A stretch of 64,000 nt of DNA. Origin: the human T2T-CHM13v2.0 reference genome, Homo sapiens. Of this stretch, positions 36,351 to 55,174 are shown piece by piece. The position numbers and the translations under genes were made by a program. The stretch's first letter is position 1; the number at the start of each line of letters is the position of its first letter. The notes beneath the pieces were generated by a model that made no database searches, was not told where the DNA came from, and saw only the letters and a program-made list of their open reading frames with translations. The DNA lies in the NCBI RefSeq assembly GCF_009914755.1, contig NC_060934.1; one strand, written 5' to 3'.

Positions 36351-37451
36351 AATTACTACCCTACGTTGTCTCTCATTTATGTACTTCCTTGGGTTGACCA
36401 TCTTTTCAGATAATTACCAGCAATTTTTAGGTCTTTTGTAAACTGCCTAATTGCGATCTTTGGACATTTTTTATTCACCTATTTTATGGAATTGTAATAG
36501 ATCTTTGTGCTACGTGTGTGCACATGCCCTGGTGTTCTGGTTGGAATCCCAAAACACTTCACTAGAAGGAATAACACTACTAGGAAAAAAATATGAGGTT
36601 TTGGTACAGTTGATAAAAAACAAAGGTAACCCAGAGGTTCATCACACTACCTGCTGCTGGAAGAGAATTCACACCCACCGTTGGGGAAGTTAGCTAAGGT
36701 TAACTCAGGTTATCAGGGTGTACTGGCCAAAGTTGGTCCTCATCCTGGATCAGGGGCACCCATCTTACCTAAGTTGATCATGTGACCATCAAATTCGATA
36801 ATGGATTTCACCTGCAGTTCAGGGTTTGAAGAAGTCACACAAATGAGTTTTTGTCAGTGGTTCATTTGTGTAATTCCAGTATGAGTTTCTTCACTCTTTT
36901 TTTCCCAAGTGTAATGCAGAGTCCAGAGCAGGAAGACACCCTTCTAGCTGTCATCATCTGGCTGCACTACGGCCTCATCTAAAGTAGGATTTCAGCTCCA
37001 TCATGGGTCTGGTAGCTTCAACCCATACTTAGTGTGCCCCTTCTCCTCTTGGGATTGGTGTAGGAAGTATCTACAAAGCAACATCGTCTCTGTGCAAAGC
37101 AGTAAGTCATGGACAAGCCCTAGAAGGCTCAGAGCTCAGAGCCGTCCCAAAAGTGTATGGCCAGTGAGGGACAAAGATCATCATCAAAGATCCATCAAGC
37201 AGGCAGGTGGCTACAGCTATTGAGGCTACAGCTTTGGACAAAGGTGACTGAGACTAGCCAATAATTTAAATATTTACACGGCTGTTAGCAGCAGAGGATG
37301 CCTAGCTCTAGACAATGGCTGAACAATACGCCCGGGAATCAATACAAGCGTGGCTGGAAGAGAGGAATCTTGATGATCCCCCTTGCTAGCTTCTAGTCCA
37401 GTTTGTTAACTAGTCCCTCTTCGCTAGCTTCTGGTCTAGTTTACTAACTAG

Positions 37452-40445
<2,994 letters not shown>

Positions 40446-41075
40446 TACACACAGACGTTTTATTAGTTAGTATACAGGTTGAGCTGCGTGGGCTCCAGTC
40501 CCAAAATAACAGCCGCTCACAACACAAGCACATTTATCTTTCGTGAAAAGGTCTCTGCATCCCTCAGTGGGGAATTTGTGCCCTAAAATGACAGCAGGGC
40601 TGGCTCCCTCTGTCCTGTCTCCCCTGCCCCCAGGATGCTGGCTTGGTGCAGGTGCTGTGGGATGACTTCCTACCACTGGTACACATATCCCAGCCAGCAG
40701 GAGGGATGAGTGGGGCCCTCCAGGTGCCCAGAACAAACTGTCACTGTGGAAGAAGGGGCCCACTGGCAGCCTTGGCCATGAGGGTCCAGCAATAGGGGAC
40801 TAAATAAATAATGGTACCCTGTGTAGAACCACATGACGGGATGGCCAGCCAATTGACCTGACTCAGGTGCAGGCTGTGTGGTGACCTGGAAAGACATTCA
40901 GTTCCTTTCAAATGACAACAGATGAATACAAACAGTATACAGTAGGTGCCCCTTATCCTCAAGAAGGCGTTCCAAGTCTCCCAGGAGATGCCTAAAACCA
41001 TGGCTAGTACCCACTCCTAAACTTCATAGCCTATGCACAAAGGTATTTTTCCTTTTTCACAATTTTATGGGTAGA

Positions 41076-41858
41076 TTATTATTATTTTTTGTTAGTTTTT
41101 ATTTCATAGTCATAAACTTAACTCTGCAATCCAGCTAGGCATGGAAGGGGGCAAGGAAAACATGGAACCCAAAGGGAAATGCAGTGAGAGCACAAAGATT
41201 CTAGGATACTGCGAGCAAATGGGGTGGAGGGTGTTCTTCTGAGCTACAAAAGGAATGGTCTGGTGGTTAAGATAAAACACAAGTCAAACTTATTAGAGTT
41301 GTCCACAGTCAGCAGTGGTGATCTTCTTCCTGCTCTTGCCATTCTTGGACCCATAGCGCTTCATGGCCTCCACAATCTTGATGCCTTCTTTCACCCTGCC
41401 AGAGACCACATGCTTGCCATCCAACCACTCGGTCTTGGCAGTGCAGATGAAAATCTGGGAATCGTTTGTGTTGGGTCCAGCATTTGCCATGGACAAGATG
41501 CCAGGACCTGTATGCTTCATGGACAAGATGCCAGGACCTGTATGCTTCAGAATGAAGTTCTCATCATCAAATTTCTCCCTGTAGACAGACTTGCCACCAG
41601 TGCCATTATGGCATGTAAAGTCACCACCCTGACACAAAAGCCCTAGAATAATTCTGTGAAAGCAGGAACCCTTATAACCAAATCCTTTCTCTCCAGTGCT
41701 CAGAGCACGAAAGTTTTCTGTCTTTGGAAACTTGTCTGCAAACAGTTCGAAGGAGACGTGCCCCAAGGCCTCGCTGTTGATGGCGATGTTGAAGAACATG
41801 GTGGGGTTGACCATGGCTGGTAGTACAGGGCTCCTGGTGGCGGTGGCGTCTGCAAAGC
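41076..41858 (-). pseudogene. PPIAP30: PPIA (cyclophilin A) processed pseudogene; ORF 41814..41293
   Basis: Intronless [10 protein letters not shown]...CGQL with PPIA 5' UTR and 3' UTR, AATAAA at 41098-41103 and an A-rich tail. The pseudogene number is from recall of the NMT2-intronic copy and is less certain than the PPIA identity. Confidence 0.93.
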
Positions 41859-41860
41859 CT

Positions 41861-42323
<463 letters not shown>

Positions 42324-42604
42324 TAAAGTAAGGGTCACTTGACCACAAGCACTGTGATTCCAAGACAGTGAATTTGATCACAGAGATGGCTACTAAGTGA
42401 CCTGCAGGCGGGGACGCTGGCAAAGAGAAAAGTCGCATCCAGGGCGGGACAGGGTGGGATGGCCCCAGATTTCATCATGCTACTTGGAAGGGCATGAAAT
42501 TTAGAACTTAGGAATTGTTTCTGGAATTTTCCATTGAATATTTTTGAACCAACGTTGACCAAGGGTAACTGAAACTGCAGAAAGCAAAATCACAGATAAG
42601 GCGG

Positions 42605-42979
42605 TGATGTGGTTTGGGTGTGTCCCCATCCAAATCTCATATTGAACTGTAGTTCCCATAATCCCCATGTGTTATGGGAGGGACCTGGAGGGAAGTAACT
42701 GAATCATGGGGGCGGTTACCCTCATGCTGTACTCATGACAGGGAATGAGTTCTCATGAAATCTGACGATTTTATAAAGGGCTTTCACCCCCCTCACTCTC
42801 ATTCTTCTCTCTCCTGCCACCCTGTGAAGAAGGATGTGTTTGCTTCCCCTTCTGCCATGAGTGTAAGTTTCCTAAGGCTTCTCCAACTATGCAGAACTGT
42901 GAGTCAATTAAACCTCTTCCTTTAAAAATTACCCGGTCTAACGTACATCCTTATAGCAGCATGAGAACGGACTAATACG
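42605..42979 (+). mobile_element. THE1/MST (MaLR) solo LTR
   Basis: tgatgtggtttgg start, gaacggactaatac end, ggcgg-like TSD. Confidence 0.85.
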
Positions 42980-43096
42980 GGGCGGAGGCTACCATATTTG
43001 CATTTTTGTAAATATTTATAAATAGGAAAATGTATATATGAATATACCAAGGCATGGCGTTTTTGCTTAGTGATTCATTCGAATGTTCTACATTAA

Positions 43097-43463
<367 letters not shown>

Positions 43464-44507
43464 TCACTGGTTCTTTCTTCAGTTTTCTTAAAATGTTAAT
43501 AAATACCCCTAAAGTAGTGAAGAACAACTATCCCCCTGCCCTCCCAAAAAAAGAAACACTAAAGGAAAAAACTATGGGAATTTCTTATGTTAACTGAATC
43601 CCCAACCTTCTCTGGGAAGGTACTATATGAGCTGGAACACTGAGAGAACACAGCTACGGAAATAAAGAAGTCCCTATTTCCCCGGGGCACTGTGAGTTTA
43701 AGCCAGGAACAGAAGCGCACTAAACAAAACAGAAACTGTAAAGGTGACATCCAAATTCAGTCCTCGACTCCAACCAGGTTTTCTCCTAAGGCTGGGAAAG
43801 CATGACAGGCCACTAACTTACTCAAAGCATCCACAAAGAGCCACCATCCAGGGCAGACTGGGCATAGGCTGCAGCAATGGGGTACAAGAGGGCTGAAGTG
43901 GGTACCTCCCGGCAGCGCTTTCACCCAGGAGATGAAAAACCAGATTCCGTGGGCCATGTCACTTCTCACAGGAACCTGGCTTCGTGGAACTCTGAATGAT
44001 GGTGATGCTGGGGGCAGGGGGCAGAGGCTCCAGAGAAAGGGGTGCTGATATGTACAAGGCTACAGGTAAGGCAGTCAGAAAAGAGATGATTAAGCCATGA
44101 AAGAAGCAAAAAAGAAAAAAACTTGTTACTAAGTACACTGATGCTATAAAATAAAAGGAGTCCTTTAAGGAACTAGAGACAAAAGAGTTCCTAATTATTG
44201 ATTTGCAATATTCTTTAAGCAAAGAAATGTATGATTTTAAAAAAATTAATTCATTGACCCATTACACTGGTGAATTTTGGCTCCAAAGGTGTTCAGGTTG
44301 GTAATCAATCTATGACTTATAAAGAAAAAGACCTTGAGACATTATCAAATTACTCTTATTGAGAGTCCAAGAGACTGTAGTTTAGTGAAAAGCAACAGAT
44401 TTACAGTCAGATAGACTTAAAAGCTAAGTTTGAATTTGAGTTATGGCCTGGATAACTTATTAAAACTGATAAGCCACAATCTCTTCATTTGTTATTGTAA
44501 TGAGTCA

Positions 44508-44858
<351 letters not shown>

Positions 44859-45180
44859 TTAGTTACCATTTAAAAATGTTGGGCCCTATATAGCAGACCA
44901 AAACTAAAAACTCTACAGCCAAAGTCCTCTCAATGAGAAGTAGAAAAAGAAAAGCCTTCACATATTCTTAATGCATATAAAATAAAGACAATTTGAAATA
45001 AATTTGTCAATGGGAATTAAGAGCTATTGGAATCCATTCTGCAAATCTTTAGTAAGTTACAAACACATGCAAGGTACCAGGTATTGCAAGGATTGGAGAC
45101 TGAAAGTGCTGTCTCCATGCACACAATCTACCTGTGAGTAGACAGGCAGACACGCTGTGTTCTGCAAACATGTTTTGAGG

Positions 45181-45500
45181 TGTGTCTTAGTTCAGCCTGC
45201 TATTACAGAATACGATAGACTGATTACTTAAAGAAAAGACATTTATTTCTTACAGTTCTGGAGGCTGGAAGTCCACCAAGATCAGGGTGCCAGCAGGGTC
45301 AGGTTTTTGGTGAGGGCCTTATTCTTGGCAGAGCAACAAAGCACTGGACTCTATCTCTTTATAAGCATACACTGATCCGATTCATGGGGACTCCACCCTT
45401 GTAAGCTATTTACCCCCCAAAGGTGCCACCTCCAGACACCATCACGTTGGGGATTTAGGCTTCAACATATGAATTGGCAGGGAGATACAATTCAGTCCCA
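45181..45500 (-). mobile_element. MLT1A-type LTR
   Basis: atttatttcttacagttctggaggctggaagtcc...ggcttcaacatatgaatt. Confidence 0.8.
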
Positions 45501-47124
45501 GCAAGGTGCCAGCATTGTTCACTATGTCCTTCCCTGAAAACTCCCTTTGCCCACAGGTCTCACCAAAGGTGTGGCCCTCAGTGGCCATGTTGTACCACAC
45601 AATTCTCTTCTACCCCTCCCTTTCCCTTCTCCATCACAGTGGACTGGATCATGCCTGGATAATCCCTTTCTTGGCCAGAAACCAGTGAGATCCTTTCTGG
45701 AGAATCTGAACTAAGGAACAGATGCTTGGGGCAGTCTAGTTGACAGAGACTGAGACAGAAAGGGAGAGAGGTTAGAAAGACAGATGGACCTTGGGTACTT
45801 GACTTTCTATAATGTTTAATTCTAATAAAGTCCAGCCATACTTTATTTTCAGATAACCTATTGTATATTTAAATAAAACCTCCTTAAAATATTTATTTAT
45901 TTATTTATTTATTTATTTATTGAGACAGAGTCTCACTGTCGCCCAGGCTCACTGGAGTACAGTGGCACAATCTCGGCTCACTGCAGTATGTGCTTATAAA
46001 GTGATCTCCATCTCTCGGGTTCAAGCAATTCTGCCTCAGCCTCCCGATTAGCTGGGATTACAGGTGCCCGCCATCGTGCCAGACTGATTTTTGTATTTTC
46101 AGTAGAGATGGGGTTTCACCATGTAGCCCAGGCTGCTCTCGAACTACTGACCTCAGGTGATCCACCCGCCTCGGCCTCCCAAAGTGCTGGGATTACAGGC
46201 GTGAGCCACTGCGCCCAGCAAAATAAAACCTTTTACTCTAGCTGGTTGGTAGATGCTACACACACATTAAGCAACAGACGCAAAGACCCACATCTCCCAT
46301 TTGTGATTGTGGACAAGGAACTCACCTCTAGGAGCCACAGCTTGGGGCAGGAGAATGAGGGTCTTCCCGAGCAGAGGGCTGGGGAGATGAGGTGAGAGCA
46401 ACTGGGAAAGATGTCACGGGAAAGATACACTCACTAAGAGCTACAGGGCTTCCGGCAGGGGTCAGCGCCTTTGGTCATAGTGGCTGCGGAAGGCTTCATG
46501 AAAGAAAGGACATTTGGGCTGACCTTGAACTTAGAGAAGAGGAGAAGAAAGATCAGGAGACACTCTCAGAAGCAGAGGAAGCCATGACCCACAGAAAGGC
46601 GTGAGCAGTAACAAATTCCTCTTGGTGAACAATGATGTCTGACACTGAATTCAAAGTTGTTTTCTGCGCTACTCTGTAATCAGACCTCCCTCCCTCCCCA
46701 TTAGCCACAAACGCTTCAGCAAATGCTGTGCACAATAGCTGGATTTTAGTGATTCCTGGGAGGAGGGTGGTGAGAGACACAGAACTGAAGATAACCGTGT
46801 TCCACCCAAGGTCAAATGTTGAAGAAAAAGAGCACCCTAAGGACACACAGGCACAAGGAGCCCGGTGATGGGGCAAGTTGGCTGCAGTGTGGGTGTGCCT
46901 GAGGACCATGAAAACTTAAGACCCCAAGAAACCCCCATGAACATGTATCAGCTCAGGCCATTTTGTTTAGATAGTAAAGGAAAGGTGCCAGGTGCAGTGG
47001 CTCACACCTGTAATCCCAGCACTTTGGGAGGCTGAGGTGGGGAGATTCCTTGAGGTCAGGAGTTCGAGACCAGCCGGCCAACGTGGTGAAACCCCGTCTC
47101 TACTAAAAATACAAAAATTAGCTA

Positions 47125-47361
<237 letters not shown>

Positions 47362-48015
47362 CTAGACTGAAAACAAGTTAAAACAGACAAAAAGAATAAG
47401 ATTACCTATAAAAGACAGAGAAGCAGAGAAAACAGCATCTGGCCAGGCACAGTGGCTCACACCTGTAGTCCCAGCACTTTGGGGAACCGAGTCAGGTGGA
47501 TCACCTGAGGTCAAGGTCAGGAGTTCGAGACCAGCCTGGCCTGGGTGACAGAGCGAGACTCTGCCTCAAAAATCAAAAAAAAAAAAAAAAAAAAAAAAAA
47601 AAACACAAAGAAAACAACATCTGTACCAGTAAATACTGGAAGATATTAAAACGTTTATGGAGTTTCAAGGAAAACGATTGTTATCATAGAGTCACATGCA
47701 CACCCAGGCTATGTATTATGTGGGAGGGGAAAAGAATGGCATTTTCAGACATGCAAGAACTCAAAATACATCATCCACGCACTCTAAGAAAAAAAATCAT
47801 GTGAGAATGCTGTTAAAGAAGAAAAAGACAGGATGTGTTTTATTTTTTACTTTTATTTTTTTGAGACAGAGTCTTGCTCTGTCGCCCAGGCTGGAGTGCA
47901 ATGGTGCAATCTCGACTCACTGCAACCTCCACCTCCTGGGTTCAAGTGATTCTCCTGCCTGCCTCAGCCTCCCGAGTAGCTGAGATTACATACGCCCGCC
48001 ACCACACCTGGCTAA

Positions 48016-48168
<153 letters not shown>

Positions 48169-48897
48169 TAAAGAACGATGGAAACCCATAAAAACAATAA
48201 AGCTGTCAGGAAAGTCTAAAATGTTTTTGTTAACAGGAATGTGAAACATGTAATAGTTAAGAAAAAAGTCTCTAGTGACACAAGGGCAAAAATAAAAGAA
48301 TTACAATTCCAGGTTATTTCAATTAAACCTAGGAAATGAAAAGAAGTCAAAATATCCTACATGATTTTTCTTGTGAGATGGTAGAATATTTTAAATAGTG
48401 GTTAATTTTTTGATATGGATAAAGAAATATAGATGAAAACATACTTGTTCAAAATGTACAGATCGCCGGGCACGGTGGCTCACGCCTGTAGTCCCAACAC
48501 TTTGGGAGACGGAGGTGGGTGAACTGCTTGAGTTCAGGAGTTCGAGACCAGCCTAGACAACATAGTGAGACCCTGTCTCTACAAAAATACAAAAATTAGC
48601 CAGGTGTGGTGGCATGTGCCTGTAGTCCTAGCTACTTGAGAGGCTGAGGTGGGAGGATCACTTGAGTCCAGGAGGTCAAGGCTGTAGTGAGCTGAGATTG
48701 TGCCACTGCACTCCAGCCCAGATGACAGAGTGAGACCTTGTCTCAAAAAAAAAAAAAAAAAAAAAGTGTACAGATAATCCACAGAAGAAAAAAAGAATGA
48801 AAACTAGACATATTCTACCAAAGACAGGAAATAAAATACAGAAATTTTTGAGTACCAAGAAAGCTTATAAACAAAATTCAAAGACTGAATATGATCT

Positions 48898-49050
48898 GAG
48901 CTGTCCAGTATGATAGCCACTAGTCACATGGAGCTATTTAAATTTAAATTAATTCAAATAAAATAAAAACATTCAGCTCAGTCACACTTGTCACATGCAA
49001 GTGCTCCATGTGTTGATGACTGCCCAACTGGATTACTATCACCCCAGAAA
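48898..49050. mobile_element. MER3/MER33-like fragment
   Basis: gctgtccagtatgatagccactagtcacatgg...aaatttaaattaa. Confidence 0.6.
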
Positions 49051-49237
49051 GTTCCAGCACACAACAATAAGAGTCAGCGAAACATACATGGTAACAAATG
49101 CACCCAGGTACAGTAAGATCCCAGCGATGTTAAACACACACACATATTAAAAAGTGAGTTCATTAAACTATCAGTGGTGACAGCTCTGGGAAATAAGGTG
49201 ACCAGGGGCTTTCACTCTACCTTATATACCTTATTGT

Positions 49238-49440
49238 TTGATATATATATATATTTTATTTATATATATATTTGATTTATATATCTCTATGTATTTGATA
49301 TTATATATCTGTATTTGATATTTATATATCTCTATATATTTGATATTTATATATCTATATATTTGATATCTTTTGATATTTATATATGTGATATATATAA
49401 ATATATACATATAAGAGAGAGATATATATATATGTATATT
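49238..49440. repeat. Degenerate TA-rich repeat (tttgatatttatatatc units) at an Alu tail
   Basis: Directly visible. Confidence 0.85.
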
Positions 49441-50509
49441 TTTAGACAGAGTCTCATTCTGTTGCCCAGGCTGGAGTACAGTAGTGCGATCACAGCTCTC
49501 TGGGCTGAAGCAATTCTCCCATCTCAGCCTCCCAAGTAGCTGGAACTATACGCATGCACCACCATGTCTAGCTCATTTTTTATTTCATCGAGATAGGGTC
49601 TTGCTATGTTCCCCAGGTTGATCTTGAATTCTTGGCCTCAAGCGATCCTCCACCTTGGCTTCCCAAAGCACTGGGATGACAGGCATGAGCCACCACACCT
49701 GGCCCTATTGTTTGATTTTTGAATAAGCGTATTTTTAAAACGTCATTAACATGTTTTCAAAGAAAACAACAATCAATTTCTTGAACTTGGAGTAGAACTT
49801 GGTTCTGTTAAAATAAAGTGATTTTAACTAGTATAGATGTATAACGTACATTTGCACTAACAAACAAAGATGGCAAAGTATGTGTCCTATATTTAGACAA
49901 CCCTGGAAAAAATTTGTTCTGGGCCAAAGGGTGACATCACCCATTCAGATGCAAGTCTTAGCAGACACTTGATCATTTCAAACAGTAGTTCTTGATTTGA
50001 GGAGGTCCCTCAGGCAAAGACTGTCGTTAATCTATTTTTCCATTTAGATTTATACAGTTGATAACAGATCAAATTTCAGAAAGGGCAGCTTTGAGTTATC
50101 CCTAAATTTTCCATAAGAAAAACTTATTGCAAGTCATAATGTTTCTGCATTTTCCCACTGATACCACACAGCTGACAAAGGGGAAGTTCCCAACTCAATT
50201 TCAACAACAGACATATGAAGTCAGATACAACAACATAGTGCCCAAAGAAGAACTTCCTTTTTTTACCCCCTAAATTGGGGATGGTAGAAGACAGATTATG
50301 TTCTTTGTTAAAAGAATTCCAAAGTTTTCATCTTTGTCCAATACCAGATCTTCAATCTTTCTAAGAAAAAGAACTCTTAAAAACGTCTTAGGCCGGGGAC
50401 GGTGGCTCACGCCTGTAATCCCAGCACTTTGGGAGGCCGAGGCGGGCGGATCACAAGGTCAGGAGATGGAGACCATCCTGGCTAACATGGTGAAACCCCG
50501 TCTCTACTA

Positions 50510-50737
<228 letters not shown>

Positions 50738-51248
50738 TTAGTCATGTATCTGCCAACAAAAACATACTCACCTATGTTTATTTTGGTTCCTATATAAATC
50801 TTCTTAGTAGCTGCTTCCAGTGAATATTGAGGGAAAAGCTCTCTTAACGGAAAGCTATGAGAAACATCTATTTTTCTAGGAAGTATATGCTCTCTGTAAG
50901 TCAATGTTGGTTAAGCAAGGGGACAGATTTGGTTTTGTTACCAAAGTTCAACACGAATTTTATTTGACTCTGTCTCCAACAATGGACCATAACATTAGCT
51001 CAGTAAGAGATCATGACCAATACCAAATGTATTTCATAACTGGAGAAGCCGGACATCAAAAGGACAGCGAGAAGACAGTGGGTTCTAAATAATTCTTCAA
51101 CAATTTGGCCTGTCCTCAATGTCCCCAAAGCCCTTCAGAAGAAAGTAACAGAAGGCAAAAACACAGCAAAATGAGGGAAGTATTAAAGATCCTTGAGCAT
51201 CTTAACCTCAGATCCAACGGTGAAAGCTCCTAGGAAATTCATCCTCCA

Positions 51249-51672
<424 letters not shown>

Positions 51673-52099
51673 TCATCCTCCAGGTCACCTTTTTGTACCA
51701 CTGCCACCCATAGCAGAACAGAAATCTTCAGTAATCTGGACTATTTCTAATAATTCATATAGGAAGCTGGACTGAGGTTAATTTTTATCTATGTAGAAAG
51801 TCTTTCCAGGCTCCTTCAAGCTCTTTATAAAGACCTACTCCCTAATTCTAATTGCAAATCGTGTGTTAAAGTAAGTTATATAAAGATGTCTTTAGGCAAT
51901 CCTCTATTAGCCTGGTTCTAATTGCCAAACATTGTTTGAAAATAATAAAATTATACTTGTCTGAATATAGTCTCACTAATTAAAACTGACAATCCCTTCT
52001 TCCCCCATGTTTTTTGTAATTCATGAAAGTTTTATAGTGGTTTGCCACTTCCACGCTTGGGTGGACCAAAAAGTTAAAGAGTACATTTAACTCTTTACA

Positions 52100-52499
<400 letters not shown>

Positions 52500-54995
52500 T
52501 TAGCATTATCTATAAAACGAAATACCCTTTTTAGTCCATGAAGAAAATTCCATGAAAATAAAAGAACAGCATATGCAGTTTTACATATTTAAATACTTAC
52601 ATTTTGGTGCAAAACAAGACTCTAATTGGGTATTTTCCTTTTATTTGAGGCTTTAGTTTCAACTTAATATGTCTAAAAGGACTAGTAAATACATTATACT
52701 GAGTGGTGGGGTAAATGAATTCTTTCAGGCCACAAGGGCACTATTCAGTAAATTACCTCTCTGCACTGGCCGCTGCCTGGTGGCCTCAAATTGACAAACT
52801 GCCTTTAAGAGGTGAAACATGTTCTTACTGATTCATCCAAAGGCTCATTATTTGTTATTTATTTAAACTGATGGGAATGAAGAGGCCGAGTATAGAAAAA
52901 GAGTCTTTCAAATTTTAACATTTACAAACTTGAGCTACTTAAAGAAAACCTAGGTTTCTACTGCGATATCATCAGTACATGAGCCAAATAAAACACATTT
53001 ACTCCCCCAAATTTGGCACACATTGTCTAAATTCAAATCCAAACAGGCAATCCAAGGAGAGCAGTCATTTGGAGTTTTCCTAATCTCCTTACATTTAAAT
53101 AGAGTACAATACATCCATTATGTTAATCTTTTCCCACTAGAAGCTATTAACATGGTATCTGCTCTTGGTGAAAACATTTCAGTCCATGGGGCATCTCTAA
53201 ATTTTGATTAACCTTTCTAATATATAAAATGTGCTGATATACAAAACTGAAAACTTCCGAAGGCAGCACAGATGCCTCTGGGTGCTACTCTGGGAACTTT
53301 AGCTTCTTGAAAGGTGTCGGGGGACAGGCTCAGATCAATGCGCACACAGATGAGGAATTCTTTGTACCAGGGGCATTCTCAACAGTGTAAGCAAAGAAGT
53401 CCTAATCAAGCCCCCAACCTAGAATATCAATCAAAGGAGGAACAATAAACAGAAATTACAGCAGAGAAGATAAAAGTCCAGGGTCTCTCCAGAAAGAAAA
53501 CACAGGTACTGAAGCTAATCCATCAGCTTGCATCTGCACCTGGGCCCATTTCTGGCAATAGAACTACCGTTTCAAAAACATATTTGTATTTAGCTATCTA
53601 TCACAAACACGTTTCTATCCCTGCATAAACAGGGCTCAGGTTCAGATTCCTATGCAATTTCCTTTCCTCTCTTTAAAAAAAAAAATATTCTAGACTCGAA
53701 CATTCGATACTTGCAGCCGCCACTGAAGTATTCACGGCAAAGATAAAAACAACTTGCAAATGGGAGATGCACATAGTCAGCTTTTCTTTTTCTTCATTTG
53801 TTAATATTTTATAATGAATTAGAGGTCAGTCAAAAGTCCCTTTCTATAATAAATCTTAAAGTAGACAAGTAGAATGCAAATGATTTACACTTTCAATGAT
53901 CAATCATTTCAAGAATCTCTCTACGAACTGAGTAAACCATCTGTGACTCAGGCCTCCCTATCATGTTTTTTAAGCTGACCCACTTCTCCATCACTCACCA
54001 TGGTTCGAAAAATCTCACTTCTAAGGGTGTAGCAAGAACCGCTCTGTGCCAGCGCATAGTTTGAATCCAATAGGGTAAAAGGGTAATGTAAACAGCACTT
54101 TAAAAGGACACCAGTTTTTATTTAAAATGACCCACTGCCTCTAAAAAGAGAGCATCAACACCGGCCTTCACCTGAAGCAATCCTTTTCTCCAACAGAAGA
54201 GCAAATCAAGTCTGCAGGGTTCGGGGGCAAAGGGAAAGGATTAAGAAATCCGATCAAGTGTGAAAATGCGTGGTGCATCGAGTTTTGGAGATCAAATACC
54301 AGCTTTGCAAACAGGATACGGCCAGGTCAGCGGGAGCCCGGTTCAGGGGATCGGCCCTGCTCTGAAGAGCTCTAGGGACAGGCGAGGCGGTGCAAAGCCC
54401 AGTATCCCCAGCAGGGGCCGGGCCCGGGACCCCCTCGGCGCCAGAACTTTGCGCAGTTCGCCGCCTGCGGCCCCGACACCATCGGGGCACCTCCACGCCG
54501 CTCCACCCACGTCTTTGCCCATTCTTTTCGGGTGGCGGCTGCGGAGAGGGAGTCTGAAGGGACTTAACAAGGATGGCAGGGAGCAGAGGAGGGCGACCTC
54601 CTACCCCAGGCTGCGGCCGCCACAAAGGGAAGGGCGTAGCGCCTCTCCTCGGCGCCCACCGGAGCCACCCGCGGGCGAGGGCAACAGGCGCCTCCTGGGC
54701 CAGGCCGCCGGCGGGGATGGGCGAGGCTGGCCGGGGGCGCGCGGCAAGTGACAGTAGCGTCTCCCCGCCCGGGCCCCAGCCTCCCCGCCCACCCCGGGCC
54801 TCGCCTCCCCGCGCACTGCACTCTCCCGCGAGCCGCGCGCCCCGGACCTCACCATGGGCTCCGCGCCACGGAGAAGCCATCGCGGGGCGGAGCGGCCGAA
54901 GAACCCCCAGTCCTGGGAGCCACCCCCGAACGGGAGACCGTGGCGCGCGCGGTCCCCGCCCTGTCGCGCCCGGTGCGCCAGCGCGCCGCCCCTAC

Positions 54996-55105
54996 CCTTT
55001 GGCGTGCTCCGTCTCCTCCTCATTGTCCCCGTCTATCCCGCACGTGTCCTGGTCGTCCAGTTCCAGGCTCTGCTGGCTGGCCGCAGACTCGCTGTCCTCC
55101 GCCAT
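54996..55105 (-). CDS. NMT2: NMT2 coding exon 1 (110 nt, MAEDSESAASQQ...EHAKG)
   Basis: ATG at 55105 in strong Kozak context gccgcgATGG; donor AAAGG|GTAGG; ends in phase 2. Confidence 0.97.
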
Positions 55106-55157
55106 CGCGGCGGCGCTGGCTGGGGAGGCGGTGCTCGGGGCCGGGCCGGAGCGGCCG

Positions 55158-55174
55158 CAGCTCCCTCTAGTGCC
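55158..55174 (-). promoter_or_regulatory. CTCF-like motif in the NMT2 5' UTR
   Basis: Minus strand GGCACTAGAGGGAGCTG resembles the CCAC(C/T)AG(A/G)GGGCGC core. Confidence 0.4.
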
